Assembly (NCBI GenBank): GCA_963713615.1
Contig: CAVQMM010000001.1
Coordinates: forward strand, 1,216,001 to 1,280,000
Reading direction: 5' to 3'
Length of the DNA: 64,000 nucleotides
Source of the DNA: an uncultured Chlamydiae bacterium
Lineage (GTDB): Bacteria; Chlamydiota; Chlamydiia; Chlamydiales; JAJFMA01
Part shown: piece after piece, positions 18,604-28,357 of the stretch
Position numbering within the stretch: position 1 is the stretch's first letter
How the letters are laid out: each line of letters starts with the position of its first letter
The notes under the pieces: generated by a model
Databases searched by the model: none
Told to the model about the DNA's origin: nothing
The model's input: the letters and a program-made list of their open reading frames with translations, nothing else
Translations under genes and position numbers: made by a program

Positions 18604-19245
18604 TTATTGAGGTTGTTTAGGCGGCGTATATTCCGCAGGTCTTCTCGCTACGAGGTTGCCGCCAGCGTCGTAAACGTCTTCAGCAAAAAGAGAAGTGGAA
18701 AGGTGCATCAAATTAATTATTTTGTCAGCATCAGCAGCTTGCATCAGCTCTGAGCTTTGGCGGTAGTTATAGGGAGCTAAAACAGTAATTTTTTTCTTTG
18801 GGAAATTCTGTTTAAGCTTATGAACAGCTGGAGCAAGGTCAGAGTCGCGCGATAACAGAAAAGCGTGGTCAAACAGATCTTTGTATGCTAAGTCCAATAA
18901 TGCGAGTGCAATGTTCACATCAGTTTCTTTCTCTTCGTGGCTTACCCACCTCGCCTGACATTTTAGGCATTGCCTAGGTTTCTTCTTGAATTGCCCCATG
19001 ACGGGTGTTACGCCCGTTGATGACAATGCTGAGACATATAGGCGATGGCGATGATATGAAGCAGGCTTCCAGGTCGGGTAAGCAGAGAAAAACAAGATTT
19101 GGGTGATGACTTGAGATTTAGTCCGAGTTAATCGAGAGAAGAGTTGTCGGAGATCAAGCCACTTAAGGTGAGGCTGTTGAATCGCATCAAGTGCGTGATA
19201 TAGGTTGAATCCATCGACAAAACAGATGACGCGCTCGAGTTGCAT
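18604..19245 (-). CDS. NYN domain (LabA/DUF88, PIN-like) ribonuclease
   Basis: FVDGFNLYH, EEKETDVNIA, LLSRDSDLAP acidic motifs; CxxC insert; GGAG SD before ATG 19245. Confidence 0.88.
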   Translation of the reverse strand: MQLERVICFVDGFNLYHALDAIQQPHLKWLDLRQLFSRLTRTKSQVITQILFFSAYPTWKPASYHRHRLYVSALSSTGVTPVMGQFKKKPRQCLKCQARWVSHEEKETDVNIALALLDLAYKDLFDHAFLLSRDSDLAPAVHKLKQNFPKKKITVLAPYNYRQSSELMQAADADKIINLMHLSTSLFAEDVYDAGGNLVARRPAEYTPPKQPQ

Positions 19246-19255
19246 TCTCCATCCC

Positions 19256-19317
19256 AAAAAAAAACCACGGTACGGAACCCGTGGCGGCCGCATGGGCGTA
19301 CCATGCGGGATGCTTAT
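19256..19317 (-). ncRNA. Candidate structured leader/small RNA (two hairpins plus U9) upstream of NYN gene
   Basis: CCGCATGG/CCATGCGG stem, then CCACGG/CCGTGG stem followed by 9 T, between promoter and SD. Confidence 0.5.
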
Positions 19318-19323
19318 ACACTA

Positions 19324-19352
19324 ACTTTAACATCTCCCAATATCTTCAGCAA
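19324..19352 (-). promoter_or_regulatory. Putative promoter of leader RNA/NYN gene
   Basis: TTGCTG-17bp-TAAAGT with extended -10 TG. Confidence 0.5.
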
Positions 19353-19550
19353 CCTTTTTGGTGCAAATTTGGTGCAGTAGAGTATAATCAGCCTCGACAC
19401 CTACCGATAAACCAGGATTAGGTTAAACGCTTTAAGGGGCTGACTCGCTTGTGATTATGTGTGACTACTTGCCCTACAGTGTCTTTTGGAGCGGAATCAT
19501 AATCCGTTGGTCGCTGGTTCGAATCCGGCTGCCGCTAGTACTACGATTTT

Positions 19551-19586
19551 TAAGCGCGAATAGATTCTCTATTCGCGCTTTTTTTT
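19551..19586 (+). terminator. Duplicate of the tRNA terminator at island right end
   Basis: aagcgcgaatag..ctattcgcgctt plus T-run. Confidence 0.75.
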
Positions 19587-19617
19587 CGCTATCGTCGCCC
19601 TAGTGCTCAATACTTTT

Positions 19618-19688
19618 CATGGACGAATTGGACTGATTGGACGAACTGGACAAAAATGGACTTCACTGTTTTTGTCCAGTTCGTCCAT
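19618..19688. repeat. ggacgaa/ttcgtcc-type inverted repeat
   Basis: catggacgaa...ctggacaaaaa / tttttgtccagttcgtccatg; related arms near 700, 13095, 13875, 15958, 39288, 52331, 57198. Confidence 0.6.
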
Positions 19689-19709
19689 GGAATCCTCCCT
19701 CTAGTCCGT

Positions 19710-20771
19710 CTAAGAGCTACTTCTTTCACACGTAGCTCGACGGTTCTGTATCACTTCCAAGTGGTCGCCATGTACGATATGTAACATGTCGTCCAGAAAG
19801 TCGTACAAACCACCTAACGCGATATGGCTGACCTCATCCAGGCGCTTGCGATGTTCCGCATCCAATTCAAACTGTAAATAACCCAGGCTGTCGTTCAATT
19901 GCTCCGCACTTTTGGCGCCTATGATGGGAATCACATCTAAACCCAAACGCCGATGCACCCAGTTAATGGCTACTTGTGCCGGAGTACGACCGATTTCCTG
20001 TGCGATCTTTACCACTTCGGCAGCGATCTTCTGGTTACGTTCCGTCAAAAATCTACCGCCCCATCCCGGGTTGATTGTAAAACGATCATTAGCCTTGCCT
20101 CGATCTAGGTATTTGCCAGTGAGCACCCCCATTCCTAGAGGGCTCCAAGCTGTTAACGCCAGATCTGTATTACGAGCCAGCGAAAAATGCTCTCTTTCAA
20201 TGCCACGTTCAATAAGGCTGTACTGTAATTGTAATCCCACAAAAGGGGTCCATCCTCTCAGTTCCGCCAAGGTGTTTGCCTTCGATATCACCCAAGCGGG
20301 TGCATTGGAAATCCCTACATAAAGTACCTTGCCGGCCCGAACCATGTCATCCAGAGCCCGCATCATCTCTTCGATAGGGGTTACCTGGTCCCAGGCATGA
20401 ACCCAATACAGGTCGACATAATCGGTTCCCAGTCGCTTGAGACTCGCCTCTAGAGATTGATGTAGGTTTTTGCGCCCATTGCCTCCAGAGTTTGGATCTT
20501 TGGCGTTCTGAGACAGCGTGTATTTGGTGGCTATGACGAAGTCCTTTCTGCGACCAGAAACAAATTCGCCAAGCATACGCTCGCTAGTCCCTTTGGTGTA
20601 ATGATTTGCGGTATCGAAGAAGTTGCCCCCCGCCTCAACATAGGCGTCGAAGACTCCACGCGATTGCTCCTTGTTGCCGCCCCACCCAAATTCCTCGCCA
20701 AAGGTCATCGTGCCAAGACAGATCTCTGACACTCTAAGACCGCTTTTACCAAATAAGCTATACCTCATCAT
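19710..20771 (-). CDS. Aldo/keto reductase
   Basis: GLRVSEICLGTM, FDTANHY, IATKY, DYVDLYWVHAWD, GKVLYVGISN. Confidence 0.93.
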   Translation of the reverse strand: MMRYSLFGKSGLRVSEICLGTMTFGEEFGWGGNKEQSRGVFDAYVEAGGNFFDTANHYTKGTSERMLGEFVSGRRKDFVIATKYTLSQNAKDPNSGGNGRKNLHQSLEASLKRLGTDYVDLYWVHAWDQVTPIEEMMRALDDMVRAGKVLYVGISNAPAWVISKANTLAELRGWTPFVGLQLQYSLIERGIEREHFSLARNTDLALTAWSPLGMGVLTGKYLDRGKANDRFTINPGWGGRFLTERNQKIAAEVVKIAQEIGRTPAQVAINWVHRRLGLDVIPIIGAKSAEQLNDSLGYLQFELDAEHRKRLDEVSHIALGGLYDFLDDMLHIVHGDHLEVIQNRRATCERSSS

Positions 20772-20873
20772 TCACCTCAATTTTGGTATACCCCTACTAT
20801 GATATTCTATTTTTTAACACACAATACGGAAAGTTGATAAGATGGAGGAACGCAATGCATACAGCCGATAAAG

Positions 20874-22178
20874 TTATGCGAGTGTCTGCTTGATGACATC
20901 CAAAGAACGTTGAATGGCACCCCGATTTGCGGCGATGAGATCCAATCCAGCCTGCCCCAGGAGACGGCGCTGAGATTCATCCTTAAGCAGCACGCCAAGG
21001 GCATTAGAAAGTTCCTCAGGGGCTACCTGAATGCCAGCGCCCGCTTCCAGAACAAGACGCTCCAACTCTGGCTGAGCATGCATATGAGGGCCAAAAACCA
21101 CTGGAACCCCATAATGGCATGGCTCCAGAATATTATGTCCACCCACACGCTCCACAAAACTTCCCGCCACGATAGCTATCTGTGACAACTGATAGCATTC
21201 TCTTAATACACCCATGGCATCGACCAAAACAACGCGGATTTCACCACGACTTGGAACAGAATCGGTAAAACGACGAAACGGAATTCCTTCGCTAATAAGC
21301 ATTCTAGCGACATCGTCAAAACGCTCGGGATGCCTTGGCACCAGCAAAAGCTTCATATTGGGATGGTCTACCCATAATTCTCGACAAGCCTTCAAAAGCA
21401 GACGTTCTTCTGGATCATGCGTCGAACCACCTGTGATAACAAAGTCATCTTTCTGTAAGTTTAACCTTTCACGGTAGTATTGCAGTTCTTCGGGAGCCAT
21501 CCGCGGCAAGGTGCCGTCAAATTTCAAATTCCCCGTAATGGTGATCCGATTTGCATGCACCCCAACAGCCTCAAAACGGTCACGATATTCGCGGCTCTGG
21601 ACACATATTTGGTCGAATAATCCGAACAGGGGTTCACTAAAAAAGGGTAACTGGCGGTAGCGAGAGGTCGATCTCTCTGATAGCTTGCCATTGACTACCA
21701 TCAGCTTCGCCCCTACATTTCGGGCTTCATTCAAAAAATGGAACCAATAGTCCGTTTCGGTCACGATAACGAGATTGGGGCGCAGCTTCTGCAAGACTCG
21801 TCGCATAATCCATCCCAAATCCAGGGGAAGATAGAGATGCCGTTCAGCAAAAGGCATTGTTCGTTGTGCTTCAGCATGGCCGGTAGCGGTAATAGAGGAG
21901 ATAATAATAATGGGATCGCACAACGTGGCACGAAGCTGATCTACAAGAGGAGCGACGGCCTTTGTTTCCCCCAAGGATACGGCATGAACCCATACAAGAG
22001 GGCGTCTTCCCTTGTGTATAGGGGCAATGCCACCACCAAAACGCTCCCAAAAGCCCTCCGTTGGCTTTTTACCGCGAAGGACCTGCAAAAGGAACCGCGG
22101 TAACATAAACAGCAGGGCCACACAAAGACCAAGATCGTATGATAAACCTAGCCAGAATCGTTTCACAAATTTTTCCAT
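20874..22178 (-). CDS. waaA: 3-deoxy-D-manno-octulosonic acid (Kdo) transferase
   Basis: WVHAVSLGE, TGNLKFD, GSTH, VPRHPERF, GGHNILEP. Confidence 0.94.
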   Translation of the reverse strand: MEKFVKRFWLGLSYDLGLCVALLFMLPRFLLQVLRGKKPTEGFWERFGGGIAPIHKGRRPLVWVHAVSLGETKAVAPLVDQLRATLCDPIIIISSITATGHAEAQRTMPFAERHLYLPLDLGWIMRRVLQKLRPNLVIVTETDYWFHFLNEARNVGAKLMVVNGKLSERSTSRYRQLPFFSEPLFGLFDQICVQSREYRDRFEAVGVHANRITITGNLKFDGTLPRMAPEELQYYRERLNLQKDDFVITGGSTHDPEERLLLKACRELWVDHPNMKLLLVPRHPERFDDVARMLISEGIPFRRFTDSVPSRGEIRVVLVDAMGVLRECYQLSQIAIVAGSFVERVGGHNILEPCHYGVPVVFGPHMHAQPELERLVLEAGAGIQVAPEELSNALGVLLKDESQRRLLGQAGLDLIAANRGAIQRSLDVIKQTLA

Positions 22179-22254
22179 ATTGGTTGTACCGCGCGTGGTA
22201 AGTATTCTACAAGGACCAATAATAAAGAGCGAGTCAAAGAGTTTTTTAGAGTCC

Positions 22255-22283
22255 TTGACCTAAACGCCGGAGTAATTCATACT
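22255..22283 (+). promoter_or_regulatory. Putative sigma70/66 promoter
   Basis: TTGACC-17bp-CATACT. Confidence 0.4.
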
Positions 22284-22317
22284 TAAAGCCCCAATAATCA
22301 ATGGAGTTGGTAGAGGA

Positions 22318-22896
22318 ATGGTTTGCCTAAACAATGTGAGTGCATCAAACGAGCGTTCGTTACTGCATGAGTCTCTCCAAACCATCGCGGACGCTGCAAC
22401 AGCTCTCCGCGATAATGTCTACTGGGCAACCAAGCAAACACCGCTTGGGGGTCTTGTCGACAGAATTTGCGATTTCATGGACGAGAACACTACACTAATT
22501 TTTTGGGGTGGAGCATGTCTCTTTGCTATTCTGAATCCACCCCTTTATTTGTCAGGTTTTGCGATAGGTCTTACGGTTGGATCACTGATGCCCTACAAAT
22601 CCAAGGCGGTTCGAAACATCGACTTTACTGCTTTACGCCAAACTATTAAGGTTATCGTATTTCTGGTTAGTCCCTGGTTGGGAGCTTTTGCCTACCTGGT
22701 GACAGCCCTAACACCGGGATTTCACTCCTATCGAGTGTATAATAAGCAGTACTACGAAAATCTCCAGGGCTTCGATGCCCTTAAATATGAACTAAGCTTC
22801 ATGTGGGTTGAAGCTGACCGACTGCACTCACAGTGTGCACAGTTGTCGAAATCGTTGCCGATAACGTTTACACAACCCGCAATGATCCGCGTATAG
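22318..22896 (+). CDS. Hypothetical membrane protein, Inc-like hydrophobic profile
   Basis: Two long hydrophobic stretches; resembles the downstream ORF. Confidence 0.65.
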   Translation: MVCLNNVSASNERSLLHESLQTIADAATALRDNVYWATKQTPLGGLVDRICDFMDENTTLIFWGGACLFAILNPPLYLSGFAIGLTVGSLMPYKSKAVRNIDFTALRQTIKVIVFLVSPWLGAFAYLVTALTPGFHSYRVYNKQYYENLQGFDALKYELSFMWVEADRLHSQCAQLSKSLPITFTQPAMIRV

Positions 22897-22931
22897 TTTT
22901 TTGATATCCTTTACGAAGCCTTAACGGCACC

Positions 22932-22960
22932 TTGAAACGCTATTAACCTCGGCCTAGTAT
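22932..22960 (+). promoter_or_regulatory. Putative sigma70/66 promoter
   Basis: TTGAAA-17bp-TAGTAT. Confidence 0.4.
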
Positions 22961-23011
22961 TATTTTAGAAAATGCCTTCAGCCGGCACATACAGAAACAA
23001 AGGAGAGAGTC

Positions 23012-23536
23012 GTGAGTACTATTCTAAATGCCGTTACACCTAATTCCTTAAAACCATCATGGTTGTGTGGTACCGAGCCCACCCTTGCTGCCGCTGTCGA
23101 CCAGATTGAGCAAGGCATCGGAACCCTCGTTCACCTCGGTAAGGACCGTATCTATGCAGTGGTTAAACTAACCAGCGCGGAAAGTGGGATAAAAAGGGTT
23201 CATCAGGTCATCACAGACAATGCAGAACTTATTTTCTGGGCCTTAGCGGCAATCAACCTATACCAACATTGGGCGCTATTCTCTATAGGTGTGGTGACTG
23301 GCCTAGCGATCGCTGGAGCAGGAGAAAAACTAGGGTTATTGACCAAGTCAGTGCAAATCTTAAAAACTAAGACTGCGGTAACCGACTATAACTACCTCTC
23401 AGGAGCTTTGTTGTTTGTATTGGCACCTTGGCTAAGCTCACTTCAGAGTGGTATCACTGCTGGTAACTACCTTGGCAACCCCACTCCTAAATCGCCTTCT
23501 ACATGGACAGACATGCTGCCTTGGATGAAAGGATAG
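23012..23536 (+). CDS. Hypothetical membrane protein, probable paralog of 22318-22896
   Basis: AAGGAG SD; LIFW...G...GL and PWL...G segments shared with upstream ORF. Confidence 0.65.
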   Translation: MSTILNAVTPNSLKPSWLCGTEPTLAAAVDQIEQGIGTLVHLGKDRIYAVVKLTSAESGIKRVHQVITDNAELIFWALAAINLYQHWALFSIGVVTGLAIAGAGEKLGLLTKSVQILKTKTAVTDYNYLSGALLFVLAPWLSSLQSGITAGNYLGNPTPKSPSTWTDMLPWMKG

Positions 23537-23538
23537 AC

Positions 23539-24492
23539 CTATGAAGCTCTCATTGGCGCATCAAAGCCTTCCCCAGGCTCTAGAAGCCTAAAAGCATCTA
23601 GGGAGACTTTGTGCCGCCTGAGAGCGCTTTTTAGCTCTTTCGCCGGATCGTCGTAGCCCTCATCACTCAAGTGAAATGTGCCGAAATGAATGCCTATGCT
23701 GGTGCTCGCCTTTAGGATCTGATGTACCTTGACAGCATCGTCAGGAGATAGATGTACAGGTCCCATAAACCAGCGGGGAGAATAGGCTCCTATGGGTAGG
23801 AGGGCTACTCTGATCGGGCCGCAATACTTGCCAATTTCTTCAAAATGCTTGCCTAGCCCTGTATCGCCTGCAAAATAGATTGCGCCGCTGGATCCTTTTA
23901 TGACAAAGCCTCCCCACAAGGTCTTGTTATGGTCTAGAAATCCACGTCGAGCGTAATGCTGAGCGGGCACAAAGGCTATCTTGACATCTGGGGTCAATTG
24001 AGCCTCCTGCCACCAGGACAGATCATGAACTCGTTGAATACCATGTCGGTGCATCCAGCGACTGTTGCCTTTTCCAACAAAGAAATAAGGATCATGCGCC
24101 TTTTTCAATCTTTTGATGGTCGGAAGGTCAAGATGGTCGTAATGGTTATGACTGATCAACACATAGTCAATTTTCGGAAGATCCTCAAAACGTACACCAG
24201 GAGCCCGCACTCTCTTAGGCCCCAAAACGCCCATAGGCCCTGCCCTCTTAGACCAGATGGGATCCGTAAGAATGTTTAAACCTTCTGTCTGGATAAGCAC
24301 CGTCGCATGATTGATGAAAGTAACTCTAAGTTCACTCCCCAGCACACGCTCCGTGGGGATTTTTTGCGGTGAGACAGGAATATGCTTTGGCCAATCGATA
24401 GGTTTTCGAGTGGTTAACCAACGCAGCACATCTATCCAACCGCGCGATTGTAATTGTAGAGATGCTGAGCTCTTTCCGTGAGATGACTTCAT
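23539..24492 (-). CDS. MBL-fold metallo-hydrolase (RomA/NAPE-PLD-like)
   Basis: ISHNHYDHLD, PAQH, YFAGDTG, PIGAY.PRWFM, IHFGTF. Confidence 0.9.
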   Translation of the reverse strand: MKSSHGKSSASLQLQSRGWIDVLRWLTTRKPIDWPKHIPVSPQKIPTERVLGSELRVTFINHATVLIQTEGLNILTDPIWSKRAGPMGVLGPKRVRAPGVRFEDLPKIDYVLISHNHYDHLDLPTIKRLKKAHDPYFFVGKGNSRWMHRHGIQRVHDLSWWQEAQLTPDVKIAFVPAQHYARRGFLDHNKTLWGGFVIKGSSGAIYFAGDTGLGKHFEEIGKYCGPIRVALLPIGAYSPRWFMGPVHLSPDDAVKVHQILKASTSIGIHFGTFHLSDEGYDDPAKELKSALRRHKVSLDAFRLLEPGEGFDAPMRAS

Positions 24493-24554
24493 ACAAACCC
24501 TCTTCCTACCGTTTATGGCAAAAGCGGCTATATCATGTCAGCCAAAAATTAATG

Positions 24555-25170
24555 GGGGCAGAGCGGGGATGGGCAGAGGGGAGGAGAGGAGAAAAGTGAG
24601 GGAAAAAGAGAGTTAGGATTTTTTTTACCGCAGAGAGCGCCGAGACGCCGAGATAGGAGAGAGGAGGGGAAGGTGGAAAAGAGGGGAAATTGAATGTTTG
24701 CTAATAAAGCCCTCACAATCGTTTCTCGGCGCGCAGCGCTTTGAACGCGCGTCGCTCGCGACCGCTTTGGATTTGGGCGTACTAGGTATTTACGAAAGGT
24801 GAAGCCCTTTCCGGGTATGCTGGGAGAGCTTGAGCATTCAAACAACGGTGCGTGCCACAAGAGGCTCGCCCAAATCCAAAGCGGTCGCGAGCGACACGCA
24901 CTCCAAAGCGCTACGCGCCGAGATACGATTGTGAGGGCTTTATTGCTCATCTGAAATCCCAAAAGACTTCTGCAATTACCTCATAAAGTCCATTTATTCT
25001 CACGCGAAATGACAGTGATAAAACAAAAAACAATTCAACTCCTCCCCCTCTCCTCTCTCCTCCTATCTCGGCGTCTCGGCGCTCTCCGTGGTAAAAAAAA
25101 ATCCTAACTCTCTTTTTCCCTCATTTTTCTCTTCTCCTCGCCTCTCTGCACCCTCTCTTCTCTGCACTCC
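24555..25170. repeat. Nested repeat: purine-rich ccgagacgccgag-type outer arms enclosing a family A REPIN (24703-24944) and a solo GAGGTAATTGCAGAAGT end (24966-24982)
   Basis: Outer arms are reverse complements over ~100 bp. Confidence 0.8.
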
Positions 25171-25243
25171 TCCTTGCTATTATTGCGGTGAGAGTGTAGT
25201 GTTTACTCGTTGTAGACGTAATTTTTTAGCGAAGGTCGTCAAT

Positions 25244-26035
25244 ATGACAGCACAGGTCCTAGGCATTATTCCTGCTCGTTACCAGAGCTCTCGCTTTCCA
25301 GCCAAGATGCTTGCCCTTATCGCAGGCAAGACCTTACTTCAGCATACGTTTGAGAATGCTTCTAGATTTGAAGGACTCGATGCCCTCGTCGTCGCCACTG
25401 ACGACCAGCGCATCTTTGACCATGTGGTGGGCTTCGGTGGCGAGGCTGTGATGACATCAGTCAGTTGCCCCACGGGAACAGATCGCCTTGCTGAGGTTAT
25501 CAAGCTATATCCACGCTACCAACACTATGAAGTCGTCGTGAATATTCAGGGCGACGACCCCTGTTTACCCAAGGATGTTGTCGAAGCCGTCGTGGAAAAA
25601 TTGCTTAGTGATTCATCAGTAGCCATGGCAACCGCCGTATGTCCGCTAACAAATGCTGATAATGCCCGAGACCCCTCGATGCCCAAATGCGTCATTGATC
25701 GACATGGTCACGCGATGTATTTTAGCCGCGCCTTAATCCCGGGTTCGCATCAGCTGGATTTCAATCCAAAGACGACTTATTACAAGCATCTTGGCATCTA
25801 CGCTTACCGCACGGACTTCCTTCTGCATTATTCCGATTTACCGGCTACGCCCTTACAGCTAGCAGAAGACCTTGAACAGCTTAAAATTTTGGAAAATGGT
25901 TATCGTATTAAGGTGGCCATTGTTCAAGAACAAGATATTCCGGGTGTTAATACACCTGAAGACATAGCAAAAGTGGAACCATTATTATGCCAACAAAATT
26001 CCTATTCGTCACTGGTGGAGTCTGCTCGTCCCTAG
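25244..26035 (+). CDS. kdsB: 3-deoxy-manno-octulosonate cytidylyltransferase
   Basis: IIPARYQSSRFPAK, VATDD, GTDR, NIQGD, HLGIYAY, EDLEQL. Confidence 0.95.
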   Translation: MTAQVLGIIPARYQSSRFPAKMLALIAGKTLLQHTFENASRFEGLDALVVATDDQRIFDHVVGFGGEAVMTSVSCPTGTDRLAEVIKLYPRYQHYEVVVNIQGDDPCLPKDVVEAVVEKLLSDSSVAMATAVCPLTNADNARDPSMPKCVIDRHGHAMYFSRALIPGSHQLDFNPKTTYYKHLGIYAYRTDFLLHYSDLPATPLQLAEDLEQLKILENGYRIKVAIVQEQDIPGVNTPEDIAKVEPLLCQQNSYSSLVESARP

Positions 26036-27603
26036 GCAAGGGACTCAGCGCTGCCTCACTAGGCCTGCTTCTGGAAAAGAAGGGTCTGAAGGTGGCGATG
26101 CTCAAATTCGACCCTTACCTCAACGTCGACCCGGGTACCATGAGTCCCTATCAACACGGCGAGGTTTACGTCACTGATGATGGTGCTGAAACCGATCTAG
26201 ATTTAGGCCACTATTTTCGATATACCAGCTCCCCTCTTTCCAAGGCATCCAACGCCACCTCCGGCCAAATTTATAATACGGTTATCAAGCGTGAAAGACG
26301 TGGTGATTATTTGGGCAAAACTGTTCAGGTGATCCCTCATATCACCGACGAGATCAAAAGCCGCATTTTAGCCTGCATGCAACAAGAAGAAGGCATCGAT
26401 GTGGTCATCGTCGAGGTGGGTGGCACAGTGGGTGATATCGAATCACTGCCCTTTCTAGAGGCTATACGACAATTTCAACATGAACGTCCCGGTGACTGTC
26501 TTAATATCCATCTCACCTACGTCCCCTATGTCAAAGCTGCTGGTGAATTCAAAACAAAACCTACCCAGCACTCGGTACATGCCCTACGTGCTATTGGCAT
26601 CATCCCACATGTCATCTTGTGTCGCTGCGAGTATCCGCTCTCCGACGCTGTCAAAGCCAAAATCGCACTCTTCTGCGATGTGGCTCCTGGTGCTGTCATC
26701 GATGAGCCTGACGTCAAATATACCATCTATGAAGTCCCCCTCCACCTACAGGAGCAGGGGATGGGTACCATGATTTGCAATAAGTTGGGTCTGAAGGATT
26801 CCCCTGTCGAATTGCCCGAATGGCAAAAAATTGTCGATACCGTCAAAAAGCCCAAAGGAACAATCACTGTCGGAATCGTCGGCAAATATGTCGAGCACCA
26901 GGATGCTTATAAATCTGTGTTCGAAGCCTTGGCCCATGGGGCACTAGCGCTAGGGTACACCATTGACATCAAGACTTTTGAGTCGGATAAAGTTATCGAA
27001 AACGGGGTCCTTAAAGACTCCGTCAAAGGTTGCGATGGTTACCTGGTGCCGGGCGGTTTTGGTGAAAGAGGTTGGAATGGCAAAATCCTAACGGCTGCCT
27101 ACTGCCGAGAGAAGCGTATCCCCTTCTTCGGAATCTGCCTTGGAATGCAGGCAATGGTGGTCGATTTTGCGCGTCATGTGATGGGATGGGAAGATGCCTC
27201 CTCCACGGAGATTGATCCTGGAACTGAGTATCCTATCATCTCTTTGCTTAGTGAGCAGCGCCAAGTGCAAGACCTGGGCGGAACGATGCGTTTAGGCGCG
27301 TTTAATTGTGTTCTGAAAGAAGGCTCTAAGGCGTTCCAAGCTTATGGCACCAAGGTCATCAGCGAACGTCATCGTCATCGCTTTGAGTACAACAACCAAT
27401 TTCGCGACCTGATGGAAGCCCGGGGCTTAGTCCTCTCAGGCACCCTTGAGGGAGATACTTTAGCTGAAATTGCTGAAGTCAGAGATCATCCATGGATGGT
27501 CGGAGTGCAGTTTCACCCTGAATTTAAATCGAAGCCGATTGCGCCACATCCGCTGTTTAAAGCCTTCGCTGCCGCTATGATCGCTTACAAGAACGAGGGG
27601 TAG
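25987..27603 (+). CDS. pyrG: CTP synthase
   Basis: GGVCSSLGKG, DPGTMSPYQHGEV, GICLGMQ, QFHPEF. Confidence 0.97.
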   Translation: MPTKFLFVTGGVCSSLGKGLSAASLGLLLEKKGLKVAMLKFDPYLNVDPGTMSPYQHGEVYVTDDGAETDLDLGHYFRYTSSPLSKASNATSGQIYNTVIKRERRGDYLGKTVQVIPHITDEIKSRILACMQQEEGIDVVIVEVGGTVGDIESLPFLEAIRQFQHERPGDCLNIHLTYVPYVKAAGEFKTKPTQHSVHALRAIGIIPHVILCRCEYPLSDAVKAKIALFCDVAPGAVIDEPDVKYTIYEVPLHLQEQGMGTMICNKLGLKDSPVELPEWQKIVDTVKKPKGTITVGIVGKYVEHQDAYKSVFEALAHGALALGYTIDIKTFESDKVIENGVLKDSVKGCDGYLVPGGFGERGWNGKILTAAYCREKRIPFFGICLGMQAMVVDFARHVMGWEDASSTEIDPGTEYPIISLLSEQRQVQDLGGTMRLGAFNCVLKEGSKAFQAYGTKVISERHRHRFEYNNQFRDLMEARGLVLSGTLEGDTLAEIAEVRDHPWMVGVQFHPEFKSKPIAPHPLFKAFAAAMIAYKNEG

Positions 27604-27607
27604 AACT

Positions 27608-28066
27608 ATGCAACCCCAACGTCAGCGACCCACGCGTGTGGTCGCTATTGACTTTGGTCTCGTACGCATCGGATTGGCCATTTCCGACGAGCGTAAGATC
27701 ATCGCCATGCCTCACCCTACTATAAAGGCGGAAAAGAAGCTGGAGGATACCGCTGTAAAAGTCGTCAAAGAACTCGAGGAGGCTGCAGTAAAGGGCGGCT
27801 ATGACATTCAAGAGATTGTTGTAGGACTGCCTCTGCGCATGAGTGGTGAAGTGGGCCTGATGGCCGATGAAGTTCACCTCTTTGCAGATCTGTTGCGTTC
27901 ACGTATTAATGTCCCGATTGTTCTCTGGGATGAGCGGCTTACTTCGGTCCAGGCCGACAGATCCATGCGTGAAGGCAACATGCGGCGCAAGCAACGCGCC
28001 AAGCACGTCGATCAGGTTGCTGCTGTCATCATCCTGCAGACCTACCTCGACAGCAAAGCTGTGTAG
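27608..28066 (+). CDS. ruvX: Holliday junction resolvase-like protein RuvX/YqgF
   Basis: AIDFGLVRIGLAISD, VVGLP, WDERLTS, DQVAAVIILQTYL. Confidence 0.93.
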   Translation: MQPQRQRPTRVVAIDFGLVRIGLAISDERKIIAMPHPTIKAEKKLEDTAVKVVKELEEAAVKGGYDIQEIVVGLPLRMSGEVGLMADEVHLFADLLRSRINVPIVLWDERLTSVQADRSMREGNMRRKQRAKHVDQVAAVIILQTYLDSKAV

Positions 28067-28107
28067 CTAATGCGTCGCACAGTCATTTGCACACATCTTT
28101 TTCTTGA

Positions 28108-28335
28108 CTCACAATCGTATCTCGGCGCGCAGCGCTTTGGAGTGCGGTCGCTTGCGACCGCTTTTCGTTCTTTGTGATGGTCCTGTGAAACGGCATCACT
28201 ATCATTCGCTAAGGGTAAACGGGTTAGTACATGCAGCCTAACCGAATCCATACGATGCCGTTTAGCACTGCCGTCGCAAGGAACCAAAGCGGTCGCAAGC
28301 GACCGCACTCCAAAGTCTCCAAAGCGCTGCGCGCC
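28108..28335. repeat. Family A REPIN-like doublet
   Basis: ttggagtgcggtcgcttgcgaccgcttt and its reverse complement. Confidence 0.85.
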
Positions 28336-28357
28336 AATATTAACACATTCATATTGT

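Larger units (their letters stand above)
15829..19541. mobile_element. Small genomic island/remnant integrated at tRNA-Met
   Basis: 52-bp identical direct repeat (15829-15880 and 19490-19541) comprising the tRNA 3' half; imperfect similarity continues about 100 bp; no integrase inside. Confidence 0.8.

Noticed and set aside
19490..19541. Third tRNA-Met gene
   Set aside because: Lacks the 5' acceptor strand and D-arm; it is the duplicated att-like 3' half.
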